From a virus: 64,000 nucleotides of DNA. The stretch is from the IMG/VR virus record IMGVR_UViG_3300023184_000090, positions 1 to 64,000 of that record; one strand, written 5' to 3'. A model generated the notes under the pieces. The model was not told where the DNA came from and ran no database searches. It saw nothing but the letters and a program-made list of their open reading frames with translations. Below, piece by piece: positions 1 to 10,190 of this stretch (position 1 is the first letter of the stretch; each line of letters starts with the position of its first letter). The position numbers and the translations under genes were made by a program.

Positions 1-1
1 G

Positions 2-3000
2 TTGCAAGCAAGACTTGACAAGACATTTGAAGAACAAACCCGCGCCAAAGAAAAACTGGACGCTTTGGAAAAGCGTCAACGGGCATACGGGCAACAGCAA
101 GACGTTATTACTGGAGCGGCTCCTGGCCAACGCGAAGCCGATCGTTTGAAGGCTGGCGCGGGTTATCGTACAGTTGCCGGGAAGGTACGCACAAAGCCCA
201 CGAAAAAAGCAAGTTGGGGAATTGAGTCTGTCCCCAAAACAAAAGAAGTCAAGCCTTCGGAAGTTGCCAAAGCTGCGGCAGAAATGGCCCGTGCAGCAAA
301 CTTGGTCAAGGCGGCTGAACGGCTGGCCAAACCTACAACCGTAGAAGTTTCTGACGAAATAACCGAGTTGCGCCGACAGTATGCTGAAGCAAACAAAGTT
401 GCGGAAGGGTATTTGTTTGGGGACGTCAGAAGAGCAGGTATTGTTGTAGAGGGTGCTGTGAGAGAACGCACGCGGTTGGCAGGGCTGATTGCGGAGTCCA
501 TAAAGCGTGTGCCAGTTACTCCCAGCGTTGTGGTTGAGGCGCAAAAGAAACTGGACATGCTCAGTAGCGCTGTCAGAACGCTTGACCCTTCGGCCAACGG
601 CACGTTTGCTCCTGAAAAAACCGTTGACGTCATGCTGGAGATGGAACGGCTGCAAAACGAACTGGGGGAGTATGTCTATCGGGGCGGCAAATTAACTGAG
701 CAGCAGCTTTCGGGAGCCGCTGCGGCGGAAGCAACAGCCAATCTAATTAAACTGAAAGGCGCTGACACACCCGCTGCTTTGATTAGAACCGCTAAAAACT
801 ACGAAGCGGCGGTAAGCCAGGTTGATTACCAGCTTACACAGTTGCGCAAGTCCCTTGACAAAATTAAAGACGAATTTGATCGCGTTGCCAAAAACGAAGA
901 AACGGTTAACGGCGAACCTGCAAAAAAAGCACCAGCGGTTGTTGAAGCAAAACTTGCGGAGCTTATTGAAAAAGCCACACCAATTGATGCCGCACATACC
1001 AAAGCAGTGGCGCTATACAAAGTGGCCCGTCGTGATTTGCTCATGTTCCAGTACGAGATGGGCAAAGGCGTGCGTCAACAGTACGCAGATGCCGTGGCCG
1101 CGCTACAGGCGGAGACTGAGCGGCAGGCAAAAGACCCTGCGCTGGCAGCGGTTGCCAAACGCAACGAAGCAAACGCCGCTGTGTTGGCACAACTGCAAGA
1201 GCGGTTGGCCAAAGCTCAAGTTAACTTTGAAAAGGCACGGGCAAAAGAGCGTGCAACCCCCGAACCCGACACGCGGACTGCGGAGCAGAAAGCCGAAGAC
1301 GAGCGCCAAGATCGTTTAGAGCAGCTCCTAAAAGCCCCGTCAGCCGAATTGGCAGCGCTGCCCGGCACGCGCATCGAAGTGGATACCACCGGGCAGTTGG
1401 CACAGGCCGTGCAAAACAACGCCAAGCGCATGCTTGGTTTGTCGCAAGCGGCGTTGGAAAAAGCCGTCGCCGAGAACGACGTTGCCGCAGTACAAAAAGC
1501 AACCGCAGATGTTCAACGCTACGAGAAAGAACTGGCCCAGGCACTTCCTGCTGGTGAGCGCGTTAAGACTGTTGTGGGAGAAGAAGCGGCGGCTGGCCCG
1601 CCCGGCACGCAACCTGTCGTTGCAGGCACGCGGCTTGGCGCACGCAAAGTGGGGCCGCTTGTTCGCCAAGCCCAAAGGCCCCCAGGACAGATGCTCACAG
1701 GTTCTGGGCTGGATGTTAAGCAGGGAAGCCAGAATCCGCCAAGGCAGGCTGGAGCTGTTCGACTGCGCAGCTATGACCTGTCTCCTGAAGCGGCCAACGC
1801 AATTAGTTTGGCTACGCTGAACAAGCAAGTGAGAGCCGCAGAAGGCGACCGCAAAGCCGAGTTGCAAGCGCAATATAAATTGCAAACTGAGGGGCTTACC
1901 AAAGAGCAAATTGCAGAGCGGCTTGCAGAAGGCAAGCGGCTGATTGGTAGTGACGAGTCCATGGCGTTGATTGCACAGCGCGAGAACCTACGTCAAGCCA
2001 CTGCGGACTTGAATAAAGCCCGCACCGAACTGAATGCCGCAGAAGCGGCGGCAGAAAAGGCAGGAACTAAAAACAGCCCGGCTGTGCTGGTGGCGCAAGA
2101 TGCTTTCGATCAGGCAAGCGACACTGTGGAGATGCTTGAAAACCGTATTTCTCGCATGCGGGAAGCTGAGCAGGCCAGCAAGCAGGCACGCCGCACGGGC
2201 GCAAATGCTGAACAAGAGGCCGACAACGCCGTTGAAGAGGACGTAGATAAGAACGCGCCAGTTACACGGGCTCAAAAAGCCGTGGGCGATGTTTACTTTG
2301 ACGAAGGCGATGCGGCTCCCACCCAGTACAAGACTGCGCTGGGTACGCAGTTGTCTGACCGCGCCATTGAAGAAATCAACGATGGCAGCTTGATCTACGC
2401 GCTGAACGATGTGGCCAAGAACGGCGCAACGCCGCTGTTGCGTGAGAACGCAGCCAAAGTGGCGCAGTTTGTTCGACAGACCAAAGTTCAAGTTGTCAGC
2501 AGCATCACTATTAACGGTAAGCAGTACCCAGCCGCTTATGACCCGGCTACGAACACCGTGTTGCTGACCCAAGCTGGCATGACACAAGAAGACCTTGTGC
2601 ACGAGACAACGCACGCAGCCACCATGCGTGTGATTGAAATGCCAGAGAAAGACCTGACACCATTGCAACGCCAAGCCAAGCGCGAGTTGCAGGCTATGCT
2701 CCAGGCCATCAAGCGCGACAGTAAGTTTGAAGGCGAGTACGCAACCGCAGACTTGAAAGAGTTTGTGTCCGAAGCGCAGTCCAACGACGACTTGCGCACA
2801 AAGATGGAGCAGAAGCCCTGGTTCCGTGGCAACATGTTCACGCGGTTTATCCGCCGCATACTAAACTTGATTGGCTTTGATACGCAAGAGTTGATGACAA
2901 CCAGAGCGCAAGAACTGATTGAAACCATCTACATGCCCTCGCGTTCAATCCAGGGTGTTGGCAGAAGCGCTGCGGCTGCACGACCAACATCCGTCATTGT

Positions 3001-5533
3001 TGGCTATGACCCAACAACCACGGCCAAGATCAAGGGAAACTTCTACGGGCTGGCTGGTCGGGTACAGCTTGTTGACAGGCTTGCCGCAGCGGACGCGGCC
3101 ATTGTGGCCGCAGAAGGCGCAGACAAACTGACTTCTGTTGAAGCGTTTCAGGCGCAGTACTTCATGCGCATGGCAGACAAAGTGACCCAAGCGGCGGGGC
3201 AGTTCGTTACTAGCGGCCCGGTTCGGATTGTGGCCGACAAGCGCACTACCGGGACAGAGTACCGCTATGAGTCTGTTGAGGGGGCCAATCTGCTTCGTGT
3301 GAGCGAACACCTGGAGCAAGCCACCAAAGCCAGCGGACGCAGTGCGGACGACATAGAGCGCATGTTCACGGTGTTGAGCGCGGGCGCAAGAGCAGATGCG
3401 TTGCCCAACGGCTGGATTCGTTTGAACACTGGGGACGCTAAAGCCGCCAAGGCTGAGTACGATGCGGACAAGGCGTATCTAAACGCCAACCCCAAAGTCA
3501 AACAGTATATGGATGCGGCAGCAGCGGAGTATCGCCAATACAACGCAGGTCTTTTGGACTTTGCCGCGCAGTGCGATTTCCTGACGCCTGAAGAAGCCAC
3601 TCGTTTGAAGCGCGTGCCCTATGCTCCGTACTACCGCGTTGAAGATGGCGTGGTCAAGCTGTTCGTGGAAGACGAGCGTCCTATCAAGATTGGCAACATC
3701 AAGGACAACCCAGACTTGCAACGCATGATTGGGGACAATACCAAGATCATGCCAATTCTTACCAGTGCGGTGCAGAACACGTACATGCTGACCCGCGCTG
3801 CCCTGGACAACAAGGCCGCATACGAGACATCTAACGCCATGTACAAGGCAGGGTTTGCGTCCAAGTACGGCCCCGGTCAAGGCCCAGCCAACGCCGACAC
3901 TGTGCACTTCAAAGTCAAAGGCAAGCCATACTTTGCAACGATTGATTCGGATACGTTTGGTATCCCAGCGCACTTGATCGTCAAGGGCATGGAAGGCATT
4001 AAGACTACGCTGCCACAGCTTGTGCAGATGCTGGGCGTGCCTGCTGACATCTTGCGCAAGTTCATTACCCGTTCTCCCGCATACGCTGTGCGGCAGATTA
4101 TTCGAGACCCTATCAACGCGGCTTTGCTGTCGGGTACTGACGGCGTGCCTGTGCTCAACGCGATTCGGCAGTTGGCCAAGATGCGCAATGGGCAGAACAC
4201 GACCCAGGACGAGCTTATGCGCGGTCTGGTTGTCAGTAGCAACGTCTACACGGGCAACGAGAAAGACATGGAGAAGTTCTTGCAGGACATCCAGTCTGGC
4301 AAAGGCAAGTGGACAAAAATGATGGGGGTGATTGACAGCGCGGCTTTGCAGGCGGACGTTGCCACCAGGGCGCTGGTGTATGAGTCGGCCCTGCGGCGCG
4401 GGTTGTCCAAGGCCCAGGCGCAGTTTGTGGCAATGGAGTCTCAGAACTTTGGGCGCAGGGGGTTGTCGCCTAGCATGCAGATGCTGTCCACGATGGTTCC
4501 GTTTTTTAACGCCCAGATTCAGGGCTTGGATGTGCTGTACCGCACCCTGCGTGGCAAGATGCCGTTTGCCCAGCAGATGGAAATTCAACGCAAACTGAAG
4601 GCCCGTGCCATGATGCTAATGACAGGCGCTATGGCCTACGCCCTCATGATGCAAGACGACGAGGCCTACAAGAAGGCTACGCCAGAAGAACGCTACGGCA
4701 ACTTCTTTGTGTACATCCCTGGCGTAAAAGACCCGCTGAGAATCCCCATTCCCTACGAGATTGGCGTGTTGTTCATGGCCATTCCACAGGCCATAGTGGA
4801 TGTGGCAATCCGCGACACAAAGGCAGCGGAAGCGATCAAGGGTATCGGCAAGCTGTTGTGGCAGTCCGCGCCTGGAGTCGTGCCTGTGGGCGCAAAGCCT
4901 TGGCTGGAAGCGTACTACGGTCAGACAGCGTTTGGGCCGATAGAGAACCAACGCGAGAAGATGCTTGCGGCAGGGGAGCGCTACCGCCCAGGCACTACCG
5001 AAGTGGCCAAGGCTTTGGGGTCGTTTACTGGGGTTGTGGGTGTGTCGCCGCTGATGCTGGAACACTTTGTAAAAAGCTACACCAGCATGCTGGGGATTTC
5101 CGCGTTGCATATGCTTGACCCTGTGTTTGCAACGGGCGTTGGTGGGGAGAAGGCATCTATCCCCGCAAGCAAACAGCCGTTTGTTGGCGGCTTGTTCCAC
5201 TCAGCCGAAGGTCGGTTCTTGATTGACCGCGCCTACGAACGTATGGATGACATTGTGCAGGCGTCAAACACTTACGAAGGTTTGATGAACAAAGGGCAGA
5301 GGGCTGAAGCCAAGGCGTTTGCCCAACGCCAGAGCAATCTAATAGCCATGAAAGACGAGGCCGGGGCGTTCAGGCAAGAGATGGGAACGCTGTTCACCGA
5401 AGAACGCTCTATCCACGACAACCCCCGGTTGACTACGGCTCAGAAGGACGAGCGTTTGGATCGCTTGAAGCGCTTTGAGAATAAGAGGGCGGAACAGTTT
5501 TATAAACAATCCGAAAGAACCACACGCCAGTAA
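2..5533 (+). CDS. Giant polyvalent / internal virion (injected) protein, 5'-truncated; Ala/Glu/Lys-rich helical N-part, zincin-like metallopeptidase motif, LPD38-like C-terminal region
   Basis: Open frame of more than 1843 aa running off the window start; HExxH motif LVHETTHAA with downstream LKEFVSEA; C-terminal NFGRRG...PFFNAQIQG...RIPIPYEIG pattern resembles large polyvalent protein-associated domain 38. Confidence 0.7.
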   Translation: MQARLDKTFEEQTRAKEKLDALEKRQRAYGQQQDVITGAAPGQREADRLKAGAGYRTVAGKVRTKPTKKASWGIESVPKTKEVKPSEVAKAAAEMARAANLVKAAERLAKPTTVEVSDEITELRRQYAEANKVAEGYLFGDVRRAGIVVEGAVRERTRLAGLIAESIKRVPVTPSVVVEAQKKLDMLSSAVRTLDPSANGTFAPEKTVDVMLEMERLQNELGEYVYRGGKLTEQQLSGAAAAEATANLIKLKGADTPAALIRTAKNYEAAVSQVDYQLTQLRKSLDKIKDEFDRVAKNEETVNGEPAKKAPAVVEAKLAELIEKATPIDAAHTKAVALYKVARRDLLMFQYEMGKGVRQQYADAVAALQAETERQAKDPALAAVAKRNEANAAVLAQLQERLAKAQVNFEKARAKERATPEPDTRTAEQKAEDERQDRLEQLLKAPSAELAALPGTRIEVDTTGQLAQAVQNNAKRMLGLSQAALEKAVAENDVAAVQKATADVQRYEKELAQALPAGERVKTVVGEEAAAGPPGTQPVVAGTRLGARKVGPLVRQAQRPPGQMLTGSGLDVKQGSQNPPRQAGAVRLRSYDLSPEAANAISLATLNKQVRAAEGDRKAELQAQYKLQTEGLTKEQIAERLAEGKRLIGSDESMALIAQRENLRQATADLNKARTELNAAEAAAEKAGTKNSPAVLVAQDAFDQASDTVEMLENRISRMREAEQASKQARRTGANAEQEADNAVEEDVDKNAPVTRAQKAVGDVYFDEGDAAPTQYKTALGTQLSDRAIEEINDGSLIYALNDVAKNGATPLLRENAAKVAQFVRQTKVQVVSSITINGKQYPAAYDPATNTVLLTQAGMTQEDLVHETTHAATMRVIEMPEKDLTPLQRQAKRELQAMLQAIKRDSKFEGEYATADLKEFVSEAQSNDDLRTKMEQKPWFRGNMFTRFIRRILNLIGFDTQELMTTRAQELIETIYMPSRSIQGVGRSAAAARPTSVIVGYDPTTTAKIKGNFYGLAGRVQLVDRLAAADAAIVAAEGADKLTSVEAFQAQYFMRMADKVTQAAGQFVTSGPVRIVADKRTTGTEYRYESVEGANLLRVSEHLEQATKASGRSADDIERMFTVLSAGARADALPNGWIRLNTGDAKAAKAEYDADKAYLNANPKVKQYMDAAAAEYRQYNAGLLDFAAQCDFLTPEEATRLKRVPYAPYYRVEDGVVKLFVEDERPIKIGNIKDNPDLQRMIGDNTKIMPILTSAVQNTYMLTRAALDNKAAYETSNAMYKAGFASKYGPGQGPANADTVHFKVKGKPYFATIDSDTFGIPAHLIVKGMEGIKTTLPQLVQMLGVPADILRKFITRSPAYAVRQIIRDPINAALLSGTDGVPVLNAIRQLAKMRNGQNTTQDELMRGLVVSSNVYTGNEKDMEKFLQDIQSGKGKWTKMMGVIDSAALQADVATRALVYESALRRGLSKAQAQFVAMESQNFGRRGLSPSMQMLSTMVPFFNAQIQGLDVLYRTLRGKMPFAQQMEIQRKLKARAMMLMTGAMAYALMMQDDEAYKKATPEERYGNFFVYIPGVKDPLRIPIPYEIGVLFMAIPQAIVDVAIRDTKAAEAIKGIGKLLWQSAPGVVPVGAKPWLEAYYGQTAFGPIENQREKMLAAGERYRPGTTEVAKALGSFTGVVGVSPLMLEHFVKSYTSMLGISALHMLDPVFATGVGGEKASIPASKQPFVGGLFHSAEGRFLIDRAYERMDDIVQASNTYEGLMNKGQRAEAKAFAQRQSNLIAMKDEAGAFRQEMGTLFTEERSIHDNPRLTTAQKDERLDRLKRFENKRAEQFYKQSERTTRQ

Positions 5534-5696
5534 ACCCGTCTCGAACACAGGGTTCGGCACGGGCATCGAATAGGCGGTGGTGAAGGGCTTTGCGCAAGCC
5601 CTCTTCGCGGGTAGTTTCTAAATCGAGGCAGGGGACAAAAAACCCCTGCCCCTTCTCAAGTCGCGCCCAAGGATAGTTGATTCTTAATTTCTTCAT
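5433..5696 (-). CDS. Small hypothetical phage protein (last gene of the leftward operon)
   Basis: 87-aa ORF (YPW..LEKGQGFFVPC..GVWFFR) overlapping the primase stop; its 3' end overlaps the convergent giant gene. Confidence 0.55.
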   Translation of the reverse strand: MKKLRINYPWARLEKGQGFFVPCLDLETTREEGLRKALHHRLFDARAEPCVRDGFTGVWFFRIVYKTVPPSYSQSASSDPNARPSEP

Positions 5697-8556
5697 CTAC
5701 TTCCGATATGCGGCGGCTGATGTGCATGGCGGCTACACGCAGTGGGGGGCCGCTGGTCTTGGCCAGCAAGTCTTTCTTCTTCAAGTACTGCACAGTAAAG
5801 TCCTTCTCAAGCTGGCGCTTGAGCGCGGTGTAGCTGAAGCTGCGGTTTGAACAGAACGCTTTGAGCAGACGCTCTTCAATGAAGAAGTCGATGTGGTCTG
5901 GTGTTACGCCCCACTCTACACGGCCCATGACCTCCCCCCTAGTGGTGTTCTTGTCCACCGCAGTACCGTCACCCAAATGCGCCAAGGGGCCCGCTTTCTC
6001 GCCAAACTTGACGACGACAAACTTGCCTTGGTATTCCTGCGTATAGTTGTTGAGTACGTCCTCGGCACTACGTTTGCCCCCGCTGATGCTCAAGCGCTGG
6101 TTTGTGATCTGGCGGCGGTAGCTCTCCAGTATTTCAGCCAAGGGGAACTCGGCAACCTTGGCGTGTTCGCTGTTCATAATCACACCAGCGGCAATAGCAC
6201 AGCCAACACCTGCCATCCAGAAGCGTTCGTCGTTGGGGGCTTTGTACTCGTCATACATACGCCGCACAGTCTCAGGCACTAAAGTTTTAAGCAGGCTCTC
6301 GTTATCAACCATGTACTGCACAAGCGCTTCCCCCGCCACGGCGTAGTTGTCTTGGAGCGACTTGATGATTTCAATCTCATCGGCATTCCACTCGAGCTTC
6401 TCATCCATGATGTACTCAATAAGCCTGCGCAACTCGCCCTCGGAGGAGTGCTTGCGAACGCTGGTCATGTAATCAATGGCTGGCATATTGGACGACATGA
6501 TGGCAATGGTCTGCCACGTAGACAGGTTTAAGCGCTCTTTGTTCGTGCCCGACTCCATCCTCTCTTTGCCGCGCCCCTCACTCACACTAAACAGTGTGGA
6601 AGGAAACCACTCAAAGTCCGCCCTGTTGTTGGTGGTTATCTCGTCGGTTATCAGCGGGTTGCTGTGCAGCAAACCCAGACGCTGTTGCATGGCTACTGGA
6701 GAAGTGCCTGACCCTGTGCGGTAGTGCGTGGGGTGGCCCCAGATAGATGCCGCGCCATCAAGCGCCAAGGATTTACCCGTGCCCGATTCGCTGGACGCGC
6801 AGTGCACAGTCAGTCCGTACAGGCCAGTGAATCGCATGAGTGGAGCACCAGCACCCAAGAGAATAATCGCCAAGTGATCCCACAACTTGCGGCGAACCAG
6901 CAGCATGATGACTTTGCGCCACACCTCAAGGGAGCCTGTCGGCTGGGTGTTCATCACAATGTTCTCTAGCCCCGGCATGGGCACTTCAATAGGCGGCTTG
7001 TGCGCGGCGTAGATACGTCCCGCAAACACATAGGTTCCGTCTTTCTGCCAGCCGTAGTGCGCTGGTACGTCAATGGGTTTCTTTTCACTGCTCATTTTTT
7101 CCACACAAGACCTCACGTAGTTGTATAAATTTATGTCGTTGCCTGAACCGAACGCAGCCACGACGTTCTGTGCCATCAGGTGTTTGATCGTCTCATCCTT
7201 ACCTGCCACCGCTTTTTGCGCAAAGGTTATTTCCTGTACGCGAGAAGGGCGCATGGCCAGCATGTGAACGATGTGTTCTCCCTGGTTGTTCAAGATGTCC
7301 ACTGGGAAGAAGTCATACGGGAGCAACATGACATGCCGTTTGATTACGTTGCCCTGGGCGTCTTCATCTTCTTTCTCGATGAACACACCACCGCGTTCTC
7401 CATACGCGTACCCCTTGGGGGGTTCAGGGCGCAACACTTTTTTTGCTTTGTCTCCTGTATCAGAGGCAGGTATGTCTACCAGTTTTTCAGTAGTTGTGAC
7501 TGCCGTTTCACGCCCAAGCATTAAGGGGTTGGTGATCTTGCCAAAGAACTGACACCCGTTGCACAGACCCGGATTCTCAGAATCAAACTTTGTGCAGGGA
7601 TACGGGCCTTTGATTTCTGCCATTTTCCTGTGCATGCGGTCTTCATCGTAAGGGTGCAGATTGGACAGCCACACAGCGGCTTTGTCGCCGTCATCGCACT
7701 TCTGCGCAATGCTCAACCATCCACGCCACAGCGGCTCCATGCCATCGTCCTCGGCGTTTTCGGCGTAGTGCTGGAGTTGGGCGCACCCGTTGCCTGCCTT
7801 GGTTTTGACCAAGATGTTTTTGAACTTGGTGACGCTGTTCTCAAACAGCTTCACTGTCGTTGCTGCAACGGTGGCAACTGGGCGTGCGCCGGGAATCGCC
7901 AACTCCGTCCTAGCCTTGGGGGGCAGCATGGGGGGCAACGACTTTAACTGGCTGGCAATGTGCTCGGCTAGTGTGTAAAAGTCAAACGTGTCGCCTTCAG
8001 CCAGTATGCGGACCATGCGCGGCGTGCCGTACTTTTCCTTGTGGTTGAAAGTTTCTGGTACGCGTAACACTCGCGCCGCATCGGCAGTCACGGTCATGTC
8101 GATGTTCAAAGCCTCTTGCTTGCACAAGCGTTTGAAGTTTTCCGCTACAGGTTTCCATTCCGCGACTGTTACATCGGTTGTGAAGGGCCAATAGCAGTGC
8201 AACCCACCGCCAGAACCGACAACGTAGGGCGAACCCAGTAGGTCAATCCCTGTCTTCGCCAAAAACACGTTCAGGGCGGTCGCGGCTTCTTTCTTGGAAG
8301 CGTACCCGTCCATGTCAATAAACAGGGCACGAATGAAGCGCGCGTTGTCTGCTGTGCGTTTCCCCTTGTTTTCAAAGGTGGACACTGCAAAATACACATC
8401 CTTCTGCTGGCGCACCCACTTGTCTATAGTGGCTGGCATCTCCTCTTGGTATTGCACATAAATATGCTCTTTCTTTTTTGTTGATAGCTCTGCCGCACAA
8501 TAAAGCCCGTTGTCTGGGGACGGCAAAACGACCGCTAGAAATTCAAGCGGGGTCAT
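5656..8556 (-). CDS. DNA primase-helicase (RepB/AEP-like primase plus DUF927/Cch-type ATPase)
   Basis: Primase motifs ALFIDMD, SGGGLHCYW, ARVLRVPETFNHK; Cys cluster PYPC..C..C; Walker A SESGTGKS; Walker B LITDE; GRGKERM. Confidence 0.8.
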   Translation of the reverse strand: MTPLEFLAVVLPSPDNGLYCAAELSTKKKEHIYVQYQEEMPATIDKWVRQQKDVYFAVSTFENKGKRTADNARFIRALFIDMDGYASKKEAATALNVFLAKTGIDLLGSPYVVGSGGGLHCYWPFTTDVTVAEWKPVAENFKRLCKQEALNIDMTVTADAARVLRVPETFNHKEKYGTPRMVRILAEGDTFDFYTLAEHIASQLKSLPPMLPPKARTELAIPGARPVATVAATTVKLFENSVTKFKNILVKTKAGNGCAQLQHYAENAEDDGMEPLWRGWLSIAQKCDDGDKAAVWLSNLHPYDEDRMHRKMAEIKGPYPCTKFDSENPGLCNGCQFFGKITNPLMLGRETAVTTTEKLVDIPASDTGDKAKKVLRPEPPKGYAYGERGGVFIEKEDEDAQGNVIKRHVMLLPYDFFPVDILNNQGEHIVHMLAMRPSRVQEITFAQKAVAGKDETIKHLMAQNVVAAFGSGNDINLYNYVRSCVEKMSSEKKPIDVPAHYGWQKDGTYVFAGRIYAAHKPPIEVPMPGLENIVMNTQPTGSLEVWRKVIMLLVRRKLWDHLAIILLGAGAPLMRFTGLYGLTVHCASSESGTGKSLALDGAASIWGHPTHYRTGSGTSPVAMQQRLGLLHSNPLITDEITTNNRADFEWFPSTLFSVSEGRGKERMESGTNKERLNLSTWQTIAIMSSNMPAIDYMTSVRKHSSEGELRRLIEYIMDEKLEWNADEIEIIKSLQDNYAVAGEALVQYMVDNESLLKTLVPETVRRMYDEYKAPNDERFWMAGVGCAIAAGVIMNSEHAKVAEFPLAEILESYRRQITNQRLSISGGKRSAEDVLNNYTQEYQGKFVVVKFGEKAGPLAHLGDGTAVDKNTTRGEVMGRVEWGVTPDHIDFFIEERLLKAFCSNRSFSYTALKRQLEKDFTVQYLKKKDLLAKTSGPPLRVAAMHISRRISEVDEEIKNQLSLGAT

Positions 8557-8570
8557 GGAAGTCCTTCGGT

Positions 8571-8768
8571 TTATTTGAACAGGTCGAGTTGCTGTGGGTC
8601 TTTGAACGGGTACTCGTCAGTGGGGGCTAGCGCCGTGAAGCGGCGTAGCAGTTCCACTTGCCATTGGCGGGGCATGTTGTCGTGCGCATCCAATTCGTCT
8701 GCGGCGATGCGGATAAGTTCGCTGTTACTCAAGGTTCTAGGCTGTAGTGTGCGCATATTTTTCTCCAA
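8571..8768 (-). CDS. Hypothetical protein
   Basis: 65-aa ORF packed in the operon, overlapping the upstream gene. Confidence 0.6.
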   Translation of the reverse strand: MEKNMRTLQPRTLSNSELIRIAADELDAHDNMPRQWQVELLRRFTALAPTDEYPFKDPQQLDLFK

Positions 8769-9007
8769 GCATCGTCTGCTGAGTGTGAAGTTTGTAGGAA
8801 TTTCAACATGGTTTCAACCCGGAACTCATAGGCGGGGAAGATGTCGCCACCTTCAAACCAGTTGTAGACAGTTTGACGCGACACCCCAAGTGCTTTGGAG
8901 ATGCGCACAACCGAGAAGTTGTGGTGCGCGGCCCATCGACCTAGCTGGTTACCCAGCGTCTTGGGTGCACGCATGATCGCGTTGATTGTTTTTTCTGAGT
9001 AGGCCAT
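8729..9007 (-). CDS. XRE/Cro-like helix-turn-helix DNA-binding protein
   Basis: HTH-like segment SVVRISKALGVSRQTVYNWFEG. Confidence 0.75.
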   Translation of the reverse strand: MAYSEKTINAIMRAPKTLGNQLGRWAAHHNFSVVRISKALGVSRQTVYNWFEGGDIFPAYEFRVETMLKFLQTSHSADDAWRKICAHYSLEP

Positions 9008-9008
9008 G

Positions 9009-9233
9009 TTACTTGCGGTTCTGCGCCAAGATTGTGCAGATTGCCGTTTCGCCGTGGGTGTCTATCCCATGCAGGGCACAAGTAGCCACCATCGGGTCAG
9101 CGCCGTTGCTCACAGCTTTGTCCCACTTGTCGCGCTTATCAAACCCTGTCATCGTGCAGCCAATGATTACCGCCAAGAAAAACACCAAGCCCATGCCCCA
9201 CAAACAAATCCAAAATTTCTGATCTCTATCCAT
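9009..9233 (-). CDS. Small membrane protein (homolog of 18926-19153)
   Basis: N-terminal hydrophobic helix; KRDKW.KAVSNGADPMV..CAL motif shared with the second copy. Confidence 0.7.
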   Translation of the reverse strand: MDRDQKFWICLWGMGLVFFLAVIIGCTMTGFDKRDKWDKAVSNGADPMVATCALHGIDTHGETAICTILAQNRK

Positions 9234-9248
9234 TTGATTCTCCTAAAT

Positions 9249-9268
9249 GCAGGGGCCGAAGCCCCCGC
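9249..9268 (-). terminator. GC-rich UUCG hairpin (terminator or stabiliser) after the SSB-like gene
   Basis: Minus strand reads GCGGGGGC-TTCG-GCCCCTGC; the U tract is weak. Confidence 0.5.
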
Positions 9269-9273
9269 TAGTT

Positions 9274-10185
9274 TTACTCATCGTCCCAGTCAGACACAAT
9301 GTCGGCCAACTTGCTTTTCTTAGCAGGCACGGCAGACGGCTTGGCCGCAGTGCTACGCACTTCGGGTTCTTCGTCAGCTTCCGCCACAGGCGCAACGCTG
9401 GCTTTCTTCTCTACCACCGGGGGCTTGCCGGGGATAGCCAACACAGGCGCGGACTTCACTCCATCGCTTTGTGCCGTGGTCATAACGATTGCACGTTGCG
9501 CATCGGGGCTATCAGCCTGCGCCTTGACGACCTCGTACTCTTCTTCCGTCAACCAGCGGGTTGGCTTGAAGTGCAGCTTGGGGGCTTCGGCCTTAGTATC
9601 GAAGCGCATTTCGGTGACGATCTGCTCGGGGTTAACTGGCGGGTTCTGCACCGCCAAGAACCGGGCGTATGCCTGCAAAGGGCGCTTGTCGCCGTCTTCC
9701 TTACCAAACACCGAAGTGGCAGGCAACGTCAACTGCAACACATCCCCGGCGGGGTTGTTCTCCAGCACCACAGCCAAGCGCTGTTGGTAGCGGCAGGCGC
9801 GGCTATTGCCTTGACCAGAACCTGCCGCATTCTGCGGACAGTTCATGCAAGTCACCGATTGCTTGTGTTCAGCAGTCGGGTCGGGGCGCTCGCCGTCATT
9901 GCTCCAGCAATCAGGCCCGGTGATGTTGTCGGCATCGTATGATTTGGCGTAGAAGATGCGGCTCACCTTGGGGGCGGCTTTCACGATGATGACGTTCATG
10001 TGGCGCTCATCAATCGAGGCGATCTCTTTGCCTCCTGCTACTAAGCGAAACACACCGCCTTTGATGGAGATGCGTTTAACGCTGGATACGCCGCCGCCCG
10101 TGAGGGCTCTGGCGGTGTCTGACAACTCGTTGTTACGGGCAAATGCGGGGACGTTGCTGGGGGAAAAAAGTGTGATATTGGTCAT
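9274..10185 (-). CDS. Putative single-stranded DNA-binding / replication accessory protein
   Basis: Located in the replication operon; Cys cluster PDCWS..CMNC..RACR; flexible Pro/Ala tail ending in the acidic-aromatic SDWDDE typical of phage SSBs. Confidence 0.5.
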   Translation of the reverse strand: MTNITLFSPSNVPAFARNNELSDTARALTGGGVSSVKRISIKGGVFRLVAGGKEIASIDERHMNVIIVKAAPKVSRIFYAKSYDADNITGPDCWSNDGERPDPTAEHKQSVTCMNCPQNAAGSGQGNSRACRYQQRLAVVLENNPAGDVLQLTLPATSVFGKEDGDKRPLQAYARFLAVQNPPVNPEQIVTEMRFDTKAEAPKLHFKPTRWLTEEEYEVVKAQADSPDAQRAIVMTTAQSDGVKSAPVLAIPGKPPVVEKKASVAPVAEADEEPEVRSTAAKPSAVPAKKSKLADIVSDWDDE

Positions 10186-10190
10186 GATGG

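Noticed and set aside
3479-4588. Long antisense ORFs (369 aa here; also 1988-2674, 9247-9942 and others)
   Set aside because: Shadow frames of GC-rich real genes, with no protein motifs or RBS
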